A stretch of 32,000 bases of DNA from Archaeoglobus fulgidus DSM 4304 (GCF_000008665.1 NC_000917.1:1290001-1322000), one strand, 5' to 3'; shown: positions 24,980 to 32,000, counted from the first letter of the stretch. The notes: a model not told the origin generated them from the sequence alone. Numbers and translations: made by a program.

Positions 24980-25840
24980 TTAATACTTCCGATAAGTAGT
25001 TCCATCACTCCTATACTCCCAAACAACTCCTGGAGGAAGAGGGGCTTTGCTTCTCCATTCCTTCTCTCCAGGACAATCATGCTTTGGCGGAAGAATGTGT
25101 TCTCCACAAAAGTAATTACCACAATAATTGCATTGATAAGGCAGATACTCTCTCTTACCACACTTATGGCAGTTTGCAAAGAGCTTGGTTATGGATTTTT
25201 TATAAGGTCCCTCGATTTCTACACCTTCTACTTCAATTAATCTCTTTTTACTCCTCTTTTTAACCCAGTAAGAGATTGCTACGATGAGTATTGGAACCAA
25301 GATGAGGACAACACGAAAGTGCTCATATGGAATAAATTTTCGAAGACCTAACTGGATGTAAAGACTGTAAACAGCAGAGTTAATTTGGGTGGCAAGATCT
25401 ACTTGATGTGAGGTTGCAGGTGCCTGTGATGCGGTTGCTGTTATTGTTGTTGCCCCCTGAAGAGCAAATGGAAAGAGGTACTTCTGTTCCTCTTTTCCAG
25501 ATGAGATTTTAAGGTAAATGTTTCCCGATTCTGGCAATTTTTCATAGTAGAACTTCGAAGTTCCCGCTTGGTTTGGCGACACTTCTACCAAATCTCTCCA
25601 GCTTGATGGCTCACAAGGAGTGATAGCCTCGTTTCCCGCCCAGATGTATGAAAGAAGGAGCAAGCCAACTCTTTTTTCAGTAGGGTAGAGCACATGGAAT
25701 TCCACGACGTATTTCGACTTTCCACCACACCCCTGATTGCTCTCGTAAATTTTGTAATCAACCTGAAATGTGTCAGCACGAACATCAGCAAAGAGGAGAA
25801 TGCAAGCAGTTAAGAGGTTGAAAAGAGTTCTGAATTTCAT
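24980..25840 (-). CDS. Type I membrane protein: signal peptide, ~150-aa extracytoplasmic domain, one TM helix, cytoplasmic AN1-type zinc finger
   Basis: The signal-like N-terminus is MKFRTLFNLLTACILLFADVRA. The TM helix is FRVVLILVPILIVAISYWV (25262-25318). A perfect AN1 pattern C-x2-C-x9-C-x2-C-x4-C-x2-H-x5-H-x-C lies in CHKCGKREYLPYQCNYCGNYFCGEHILPPKHDC (25073-25171). Confidence 0.7.
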   Translation of the reverse strand: MKFRTLFNLLTACILLFADVRADTFQVDYKIYESNQGCGGKSKYVVEFHVLYPTEKRVGLLLLSYIWAGNEAITPCEPSSWRDLVEVSPNQAGTSKFYYEKLPESGNIYLKISSGKEEQKYLFPFALQGATTITATASQAPATSHQVDLATQINSAVYSLYIQLGLRKFIPYEHFRVVLILVPILIVAISYWVKKRSKKRLIEVEGVEIEGPYKKSITKLFANCHKCGKREYLPYQCNYCGNYFCGEHILPPKHDCPGEKEWRSKAPLPPGVVWEYRSDGTTYRKY

Positions 25841-25877
25841 AAGTCTACCTCCCCTCCTTCTCCTCCAGATTAAAATC

Positions 25878-26366
25878 TTACTTCAGAAACCCAATATGAA
25901 CTATCGGATACCTCCTCGTACTTCTGAAGAGTGCGAAGGCCCCAGGTATTACTAGACCCACGATCAAGATCGAGATACCAAGCATAAAGGGCTCACCGAA
26001 AACTGCGCTCACTGAAGCCATGAATACACCAAAGAGCAGACCAACACCTATCATCAACCCTCCAGCAATCCTCAAGCCCCAGAGATTTAAGTCATCTCTC
26101 AAATCTATTCTGTTTATACGCCTTAAGAGTCTCGTGTAGAGCGAAAGCATGAAGATCGTCCAAAAGATGGCGCTAACACCTACCAGATACCCAAGATTTA
26201 ACTGATACCTCAGATAGCTAGATCCAACAGCAGCAGAGAGCGAAAGAACAGGAAGCCAGTTCGACCTCCTCTTTTTCCTGTATTTAGTCTTAGGCTTCTT
26301 CTTCGGTTTGAAAGGTTTAGTCTTCTTGAATTTCTTATGTTTTTTAGATGATTTCTTCTTGCCCAA
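25878..26366 (-). CDS. Four-TM membrane protein with an extremely basic (Lys/Arg-rich) 36-aa N-terminal tail
   Basis: [36 protein letters not shown] is followed by four hydrophobic helices. I know of no homolog. Confidence 0.55.
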
Positions 26367-26964
26367 CTAAAACCCTCCGACGCGACTATTCCGTGACATA
26401 TCATAGAAATGAACTTACTTAAATCTTTCTCTTTGATTTTTGATTACTTTTAAGTTTACTTTTTCGACTTCATCTTTCTGATTTCTTCTTCAGCACATTT
26501 CAGCTCCTTTCCTCCAAGCTAAAACCTTCCTCGTAAACCATCTCAATCTCCTCGAGTAGCTAAAAGGATGTAGTGCCCTGTTGGTAGAAGCATACATCTT
26601 CTTTGCACGCTTTTTCTAGTCATTGCAAGAGTTTCTTTAAAGTCCCTAGTTTATGAGTTCCTCAAAGCGCTTGTCGAAATTTGTGGCTGAGAGCAGTGGT
26701 AATTTCGTCCAATTATGAAAATGTCTTAACACAATTTTGAAGACCTTGCAATATCCTGAGTGAAATGAGATCAATGTAGTCCAGTATGTGTTCTTTTTCT
26801 TGGACCGTTATAGTGAGAGTCCAGGAGAGATGCACCAAGAAATCAAGAAGCTGGTTAAGCGGGCATGTATCGTAACGTTGCAGGGTGCTGAGGAGGCTAA
26901 TGCTTGGTGCTAAACCCGATCGTAAACTCTCTCCCGCTTGTCGATTTTAAACACGACAACGATT

Positions 26965-27165
26965 TTATCTGGCATCTCTGTCCTCCCTTATCATCTCGGC
27001 AATCTTTGAGCTCTTCATCTCCATCCTCAGCTTCCTCGTTTCCTCGAGCAGCCTTTTCTTCGCCTCTCTGCGAACCCTCTCTATTATTATCTTTCGTATT
27101 TCCTCCTGCCAGTTTACGTCTTTCATCTTCTCCATCATTTTTCGAATCTCCTTCGGTATCCGCAC
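26965..27165 (-). CDS. Ribbon-helix-helix / VapB-like antitoxin-type small protein
   Basis: The GTG start gives (M)RIPKEIRKMMEKMKDVNWQEEIRKIIIERVRRE. This resembles the archaeal RIPxELxxKMxxxxxNWSEEIRxFI antitoxin pattern, followed by a charged helical tail. Confidence 0.45.
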   Translation of the reverse strand: MRIPKEIRKMMEKMKDVNWQEEIRKIIIERVRREAKKRLLEETRKLRMEMKSSKIAEMIREDRDAR

Positions 27166-27350
27166 ACGATCTCCTCAAGCTTCTGCAGAGCGAACCCGCC
27201 GAAGTCTGTCAGGACTCCTTCGAGCCTTCGGAGAGTCTTTGAGGACTTGACCTGAAAAAGTGCTCGGCAGCCTCTCTCACTTCTGAGCCTCCCGTAGAGC
27301 GTCTTCGTGCTGATGCCCGGTATTTTTGCAATTTTCACCTTCAGCAGCAC
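27135..27350 (-). CDS. Small putative HTH protein (resolvase/transposase-type HTH-like segment)
   Basis: 71-aa GTG-initiated ORF. IAKIPGISTKTLYGRLRS resembles HTH_7/HTH_23-type motifs. It overlaps the next ORF by 31 nt in another frame. Whether it is coding is uncertain. Confidence 0.3.
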   Translation of the reverse strand: MLLKVKIAKIPGISTKTLYGRLRSERGCRALFQVKSSKTLRRLEGVLTDFGGFALQKLEEIVCGYRRRFEK

Positions 27351-27472
27351 TGAATGACCCTGATGTCCTTGTCCTCAGTTGGGTAGAGATCCTGATCAAA
27401 ACAGGTTAAGCTGTCAGAATTTAACAAGAGACGATAATCCGATAGTGGTATGGAGTTATACCAAATAAAGAG

Positions 27473-27544
27473 AGCCAGGGCCCGGATTCGAACCGGGGTA
27501 AAGCGGATCTGCAGTCCGCCGCATAGCCCCTCTGCCACCCTGGC
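27473..27544 (-). tRNA. tRNA-Cys (anticodon GCA)
   Basis: I folded it manually: acceptor GCCAGGG/CCCTGGC, anticodon arm GCGGA-CUGCAGA-UCCGC, T arm CCCGG-TTCGAAT-CCGGG, discriminator U. No CCA is encoded. Confidence 0.9.
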
Positions 27545-27568
27545 TTGATAAGGAGTAGGTTCAAATTT

Positions 27569-27578
27569 GTATTTAAAG
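27569..27578 (-). promoter_or_regulatory. TATA-like box (ctttaaatac on the minus strand) for tRNA-Cys
   Basis: It is centred about 30 nt upstream of the tRNA 5' end at 27544. Confidence 0.4.
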
Positions 27579-27631
27579 ATTGCTGTTGGTGATGGTAACT
27601 ACTAAGCGGTAAAAAATTGAGCTTGGCGGAT

Positions 27632-27949
27632 TTATCTGTACATTCTCCTCTCTATGGACTCCAGCTTATCCTCCAGGTCTCTCACTTTTTCTATGAAAAG
27701 TCTCTCTATTCTTCCTTCGAGGTCGTCAGAATTTACGGCTATAGTTCTTTTCACACTTTTGAACTCGTCCATAATCCTTTGCATTCTCAGTTCTATGCTG
27801 ATCAGGAGTAAAGTTAATGATGCTATGAGCAATGTGGCAAAGAAAATCACGGTCATGTCGACACGGTCGTAAAGTGAAAGCCACCTGTACACAAGTGCCG
27901 CTGCCGAGAACACACTAATGACCGACAGCACGATGTCCCTCGCGTCCAT
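27632..27949 (-). CDS. Small membrane protein (2 TM helices) with C-terminal coiled-coil
   Basis: 105-aa ORF with two hydrophobic helices, then EFKSVKRTIAVNSDDLEGRIERLFIEKVRDLEDKLESIERRM. A TATA-like agatatatag lies about 28 nt upstream of the ATG. Confidence 0.5.
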   Translation of the reverse strand: MDARDIVLSVISVFSAAALVYRWLSLYDRVDMTVIFFATLLIASLTLLLISIELRMQRIMDEFKSVKRTIAVNSDDLEGRIERLFIEKVRDLEDKLESIERRMYR

Positions 27950-28039
27950 TGTTAGTTTATGTGTGCTGATACTATATATCTTTTTTCTAAATTTGTGGGA
28001 TTTAAGGTATGTTTTTATTTACCAGAATAAACAGGTTCT

Positions 28040-30265
28040 GTGGAGTACGTAACGCATCCGTTGATAAAGGAGAATACGATTGAAAGGAGAATGTATCAGA
28101 TATCGATAGCAGCTACCGCCCTGACCAAAAACACGCTGGTTGTGATTCCAACGGGATTGGGGAAAACCACGATTGCCGCGCTTGTTATCGCCTCAAGATT
28201 GCTGAACGAAGATGGTAAGGTGCTTTTCCTCGCACCTACCAAGCCTTTGGTTGAGCAGCATGCGAGGTTTCTGAAGAGGGTGCTCAAAGTTGAGGAAATA
28301 GTGTCTCTCAGCGGCGAAGTTCCTCCAGAAAAAAGGAAGGAGTTGTGGGAAAAGGCAAGAATTGTGGTTTCAACTCCCCAAGTTGTTGAAAATGACCTTC
28401 TCGCAGGCAGAATAAGCCTTGAGGATGTTATACTCGTTGTTTTTGACGAGGCTCACAGAGCTGTTGGAAACTACGCGTACGTTTTCATCGCCAAAGAGTA
28501 CCTCAGAACGGCCAAAAAGCCGCTAATTCTCGCAATGACAGCCTCTCCGGGAAGCGATCCGGAGAGAATAATGGAGGTAATCCAGAACCTCGGCATAGAA
28601 GCCATTGAAGTTAGAACGGAGTGGGACAGTGACGTTGCACCTTACGTTGGAAAGAAGAGGATTGAATGGATAAAGGTGGACATTCCGGAGGAGATGAAGG
28701 AAGTAAAGGAGAGGCTTAAGGAGTGCATAAAAATCAGATTCAAGAGATTGAGGGAACTCTGGATAGAGGTGCCTGAAAACTCGTCAAAGAGGGACCTTCT
28801 TGCCCTTCAGGAAGCCCTTCAGGCAGAGGCTGCGAGCAGTCAGAGTTCAGAGATTTTTGAGGCTCTGTCGATTCTGGCCGAGATAATGAAGCTCCAGCAT
28901 GCCGTTGAGCTCATAGAAACTCAGGGGGTAAAGGCGGTAAAAAGCTACCTCAGAAAGCTCGTAAGGGAGGCGACGTCGAAGGGGGGGAGTAAAGCGGCAA
29001 AGAGTATCGTTGGCGATCCAATCTTTAAAAAAGCTGTTATAGCTCTTTCGAAATGCAAGGTCGAGCATCCAAAGCTCGAAAAGCTGAAGGAAATCCTCAA
29101 AGAGCAGTTTGAGAAAAATCCCGATTCGAGGGTTATAGTGTTCACAAACTACAGAGATTCTGCAGAGATGCTTGTAAACGAGCTCTCACCACTCTTCCCC
29201 GTTGCTAAGTTCGTTGGACAGGCGAGCAGAGACAACGACAAGGGAATGAGGCAAAAGGAGCAGATAGAAACCATTGACAAGTTTAGGAGAGGGGTGTACA
29301 AGGTTCTCGTCGCAACGTCAGTGGGAGAGGAGGGGCTCGACATCCCATCTACCGACTTGGTGGTTTTCTACGAAGCGGTGCCGTCAGAAATCAGGGCAAT
29401 TCAGAGGAAAGGAAGGACGGGAAGGGGGAGAGAGGGCAGAATCGTCGTTCTGGTTACGAAGGGAACTAGGGACGAGGCCTACTACTACTCCAGCATGAAG
29501 AAGGAAAGAAAGATGTACGACAAAATACTTGAGATAAAGAGAATAATCGACAGAAAGCAGAGGAGCATTGGGGATTACGTTCTGCCAGAGGAGACTGGAA
29601 TAAAGGTCATTGTGGATTCAAGGGAGCTTAGGTCGGAAGTCGTGAAGCACCTGAGGGAGATTGGAGCGAAGATCGAAATAAGAAATCTCGAGGTCGCGGA
29701 TTACGTTGTGAGCGACAGAGTCGCGGTGGAGAGGAAAACGGTGGAGGACTTCCTGAACAGCATTATTCAGAAGGAAAGGCTCTTTTCACAGGTCGCAAGG
29801 TTAAAGTCTGCGTACAGCAGGCCGGTAATAATCATCGAGGGCGAGAACTTCTACAGGGGAGGTGTGCATCCCAATGCTGTGAGAGGGGCCATTGCATCGC
29901 TGATTATCGACTTCGGAATTCCGGTGTTGAGGAGCAGCAATGCTAGGGAAACAGCAGAGCTGATCTTCGCAATGGCGAGGAGGGAGCAGGAGGAAAGGAA
30001 GAGGGGAGTTGTGGAGCACACCGCAAAAACAAAAAGAACGCTTAAAGACGAGCAGGAATACATAGTTTCGGCAATCTCGAACGTTGGTAACGTAATAGCC
30101 AGAAATCTTCTGGATTACTTCCAGACGATAGAGAACATTGCAACGGCAGACGAGGAGGAGCTGGCGAAGGTGCCGAAGGTTGGGAAGAAAATTGCAAAGA
30201 GGATAAGGCGTGTTATGACCACACCCTACAGTGAGGCGGGTTTTTACGATAGCGAAAGCTTTTAA
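28040..30265 (+). CDS. hef: Hef: SF2 helicase fused to ERCC4/XPF-family nuclease and HhH2
   Basis: Helicase motifs are PTGLGKT (Walker A), FDEAH and TSVGEEGLDIP. The ERCC4 motif is ADYVVSDRVAVERKTVEDF and the terminal HhH is LAKVPKVGKKIAKRI. The start is GTG at 28040. Confidence 0.9.
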   Translation: MEYVTHPLIKENTIERRMYQISIAATALTKNTLVVIPTGLGKTTIAALVIASRLLNEDGKVLFLAPTKPLVEQHARFLKRVLKVEEIVSLSGEVPPEKRKELWEKARIVVSTPQVVENDLLAGRISLEDVILVVFDEAHRAVGNYAYVFIAKEYLRTAKKPLILAMTASPGSDPERIMEVIQNLGIEAIEVRTEWDSDVAPYVGKKRIEWIKVDIPEEMKEVKERLKECIKIRFKRLRELWIEVPENSSKRDLLALQEALQAEAASSQSSEIFEALSILAEIMKLQHAVELIETQGVKAVKSYLRKLVREATSKGGSKAAKSIVGDPIFKKAVIALSKCKVEHPKLEKLKEILKEQFEKNPDSRVIVFTNYRDSAEMLVNELSPLFPVAKFVGQASRDNDKGMRQKEQIETIDKFRRGVYKVLVATSVGEEGLDIPSTDLVVFYEAVPSEIRAIQRKGRTGRGREGRIVVLVTKGTRDEAYYYSSMKKERKMYDKILEIKRIIDRKQRSIGDYVLPEETGIKVIVDSRELRSEVVKHLREIGAKIEIRNLEVADYVVSDRVAVERKTVEDFLNSIIQKERLFSQVARLKSAYSRPVIIIEGENFYRGGVHPNAVRGAIASLIIDFGIPVLRSSNARETAELIFAMARREQEERKRGVVEHTAKTKRTLKDEQEYIVSAISNVGNVIARNLLDYFQTIENIATADEEELAKVPKVGKKIAKRIRRVMTTPYSEAGFYDSESF

Positions 30266-30266
30266 T
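30259..30266 (+). promoter_or_regulatory. TATA-like box (ttttaatt) for tRNA-Thr, overlapping the hef stop codon
   Basis: It lies 26-33 nt upstream of the tRNA 5' end (30292). Only 26 nt separate the hef stop from the tRNA. Confidence 0.35.
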
Positions 30267-30291
30267 TCACTTTTTGGTTAAAGCATTTCAG

Positions 30292-30364
30292 GCCACGGTA
30301 GCTCAGCAGGAAGAGCGCGTGCTTGGTAAGCACGAGGTCCCGGGTTCAAATCCCGGCCGTGGCT
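30292..30364 (+). tRNA. tRNA-Thr (anticodon GGU)
   Basis: I folded it manually: acceptor GCCACGG/CCGTGGC, D arm GCTC/GAGC, anticodon arm CGTGC-TTGGTAA-GCACG, T arm CCGGG-TTCAAAT-CCCGG, discriminator T. A T-rich stretch follows. Confidence 0.9.
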
Positions 30365-30425
30365 TGCTTTATTTTCAGTTCGCTGGATTTATCTCTCAGG
30401 CAGGATAAACCTGCTTTAAAGCCTA

Positions 30426-30698
30426 TCAAAGCCCGAACTCCTCTATGAACTCCCTTATCTTCTGATACTTCTCCAGAAACCTGAAGCCTTTATCGGTGAG
30501 GGAGTAATACCTCCTCCCGCTTTCGTCCTGAATCTCCCTGACAAGCCCTTTCTTAACCAATTCGTCCATGTAGCGGTTGAAGTTCTGCGTTGAGAGGTTT
30601 GAGAATCGCAGCAAAGGTGTAGGGAGGATGGAGTTGCCGTGCTTCCTTATGATTGAGAGAATGTCGTATATGATTTCCAGCCTGTCTCTCCTCGTCAT
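30426..30698 (-). CDS. Small winged-helix DNA-binding protein (HTH_45-like)
   Basis: RRDRLEIIYDILSII...NLSTQNFNRYMDELVKKGLVREI...YYSLTDKGFRFLEKY is a typical archaeal wHTH layout. Confidence 0.7.
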   Translation of the reverse strand: MTRRDRLEIIYDILSIIRKHGNSILPTPLLRFSNLSTQNFNRYMDELVKKGLVREIQDESGRRYYSLTDKGFRFLEKYQKIREFIEEFGL

Positions 30699-30707
30699 TT
30701 GACCACC

Positions 30708-31391
30708 TCAGAGCTTTCTGAGCACTCTGTATGCGATTATGAGGATTACCGCAACTGAGAGAGTGTAGATGGCAAATCTGAACTCCAATGGCAGGAATCT
30801 GAAGGTCAGGGAGATGTTGAGCAGCCAGAAGACGAAAAGCAGGATGTAGAGGGGATAAGCTCTCTTCGACCTGCTCTCATGTCGGAAATGGCTGTAATTA
30901 ACGAATATCGCAGCAACAAGCAGGAAAACAAGCGCAAGCTGTGAAATCAGGAAGACGAGGGGCATCCTTGAAAGGAGCGAAGTCAGGGCGATGACCAGAG
31001 CAACTCCGTTTATCACAACCTCGCCCGGAAACCTCTCCAGCCACCTCCAGAGAAGGCTGTAAATTGTGTAAAGGATGGCAGCTGATCCTGAGTAAGCGAG
31101 AAAGGCCATGCTGAAGGCCATAATCCCCCTCAATCCTTCCAGACTGATTTCCTCAAACATTACTCCCGATGCGGAGAGCAGGAGAACAACGAATCTCAGG
31201 AAGTAGGCGAGGCCGAGGAAGAGGAAGGTGTTCGAGAAGAAATGGAATCCCCTATAGTCGGAAAGCTTGTAAACCTCCCTCAGCCTGTGGTAAATCAAAA
31301 AGCAGATTAGGAAAATTATCGAGGAGTAGAGGGCTTCAGCTGCGATGAACTCCAGCGGTGGTAGCTTGGGTGGTATCATCGGTGGTGGCAT
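30708..31391 (-). CDS. Polytopic membrane protein (about 7 TM helices), Pro-rich N-terminus
   Basis: 227-aa ORF that is hydrophobic throughout, ending 10 nt upstream of the wHTH gene. The two are probably an operon. Confidence 0.6.
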   Translation of the reverse strand: MPPPMIPPKLPPLEFIAAEALYSSIIFLICFLIYHRLREVYKLSDYRGFHFFSNTFLFLGLAYFLRFVVLLLSASGVMFEEISLEGLRGIMAFSMAFLAYSGSAAILYTIYSLLWRWLERFPGEVVINGVALVIALTSLLSRMPLVFLISQLALVFLLVAAIFVNYSHFRHESRSKRAYPLYILLFVFWLLNISLTFRFLPLEFRFAIYTLSVAVILIIAYRVLRKL

Positions 31392-31502
31392 GAGCCCAAT
31401 TAGACGGGGAAGTTTATAAAGAGAATGGACTTTTGATGCACATTTTCCTTTCTTCCCGCTTTTATAGCACCTCAGCGATTGCGGTTAGGAGGTGATTCAG
31501 AA

Positions 31503-31712
31503 GTGGTCGTGGAGCAGATAAGCGGATGCATTGGTTGCGGGACATGTGTTGAAGTGTGCCCTACCGATGTTTTCCGGCTTGAAGGTGGGAGGGCAGTAAT
31601 CAAGTATCCCGAAGACTGTCAGATTTGCCACCTATGCCGGCTTTACTGTCCGGTGGATGCAATCACAATCTCGCCAGAGAAGTCACTTCCTGTAATCGTT
31701 GCGTGGGGATGA
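31503..31712 (+). CDS. 2x[4Fe-4S] ferredoxin
   Basis: CIGCGTCVEVCP and CQICHLCRLYCP are present. GTG 31503 is preferred because GGAGGTGA (31488-31495) lies 7 nt upstream. The track start is TTG 31479. Confidence 0.8.
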   Translation: MVVEQISGCIGCGTCVEVCPTDVFRLEGGRAVIKYPEDCQICHLCRLYCPVDAITISPEKSLPVIVAWG

Positions 31713-31767
31713 TTTATGAAAGAGCTTTTGAAAAAATACGGTTTCCTCTGGAAGAGCCTCCTGTTCG

Positions 31768-31782
31768 TTTTTTTTTTTTTTT
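31768..31782 (+). repeat. T15 homopolymer (candidate oligo-T terminator or slippery/frameshift tract)
   Basis: I counted 15 consecutive T directly in the sequence, 56 nt after the ferredoxin stop. Confidence 0.95.
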
Positions 31783-31848
31783 GCGGTAACAATTTACTCG
31801 CTTGACGGTTTTCCAAGGCGGACTGCGTTAAAGGAGGCTATCTCCTTT

Positions 31849-32000
31849 ATGACCGTTCTCTCCTTCACACTGATGGTCAACCAGTTTTACCTCACGAGGG
31901 GCTTTAGGCTAATCGAAGGGAAGGGAAGGATGAGCTACATCGTAAAAGCGCACAGGTTGTTCGGATACATCTCAGTCGGCTTTCTGCTATTCCATCCTCT
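31849..32000 (+). CDS. Partial cytochrome-b-like / di-His membrane protein (runs off the window); may really begin at 31716 if the T15 tract is corrected by 1 nt
   Basis: MTVLSFTLMVNQFYLTRGFRLIEGKGRMSYIVKAHRLFGYISVGFLLFHP has H-x13-H inside a TM helix. AAGGAGG (31831-31837) lies 11 nt upstream of ATG 31849. The same frame is open back to 31732, through the T tract. Confidence 0.5.
   Translation, partial: MTVLSFTLMVNQFYLTRGFRLIEGKGRMSYIVKAHRLFGYISVGFLLFHP

Noticed and set aside
24770-25240. A 156-aa plus-strand ORF.
   Set aside because: Most of it is antisense to the AN1 zinc-finger gene, whose AN1 motif is perfect. It has no motifs of its own.
27341-27538. A 65-aa minus-strand ORF.
   Set aside because: It runs through the tRNA-Cys gene on the same strand. 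It is an artefact of an open frame across a structural RNA.
27628-27637. The 10-mer ggatttatct occurs near tRNA-Cys and again at 30385-30394 near tRNA-Thr.
   Set aside because: A single shared 10-mer is expected by chance many times in 32 kb on two strands. The flanks do not align.
1-32000. A search for CRISPR arrays, rRNA genes, intact IS elements or transposases, and integrases.
   Set aside because: I saw no regularly spaced direct repeats, no rRNA-like sequence, and no ORF with transposase or integrase motifs. Only an HTH-like 71-aa ORF lies near tRNA-Cys.

Overview
This window is a gene-dense archaeal (euryarchaeal) chromosome segment. I count about 38 protein-coding genes and 2 tRNAs, with no rRNA, no CRISPR array and no intact IS element. 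Archaeal hallmark genes are ribosomal protein L40e (a 49-aa ORF missing from the supplied track), GatE, class V fructose-1,6-bisphosphate aldolase/phosphatase, a thermosome subunit, Hef helicase-nuclease, RtcA and MetRS. The gene order (FBPase, KaiC-like ATPase, VWA protein, ChlI-like AAA+, then Lrp, PFL2-type glycyl-radical enzyme, activase, thermosome, PAS histidine kinase, MetRS) matches my recollection of Archaeoglobus fulgidus. I cannot verify that without a search. Packing is very tight: several convergent gene pairs share or abut stop codons, and many co-directional genes overlap by 1-13 nt. Several TATA-like boxes lie about 25-30 nt upstream of start codons, which suggests leaderless mRNAs. 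Most of the window is core metabolism and information processing. Four places look accessory or unexplained. (1) An AT-rich two-gene cassette at 14382-15607 encodes a PUA/EVE-like domain fused to a NucS/RecB-type PD-(D/E)xK nuclease, plus a translationally coupled 81-aa orphan. This is my best candidate for an undescribed modification-sensing nuclease or defence module. It is divergently paired with (2) a ChlI-like AAA+ / VWA pair and a KaiC-like ATPase, with no chelatase catalytic subunit in the window. (3) An AT-rich, partly decayed island at 24.7-27.5 kb abuts tRNA-Cys. It carries a membrane-anchored AN1 zinc-finger protein, a membrane protein with a poly-lysine tail, an orphan RHH antitoxin-like gene and about 600 nt of very AT-rich non-coding DNA. 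(4) A T15 homopolymer sits between a ferredoxin gene and a cytochrome-b-like membrane ORF. It is either a strong oligo-T terminator or a frameshifting tract. All homology calls come from motif recognition by eye and no database search was run.
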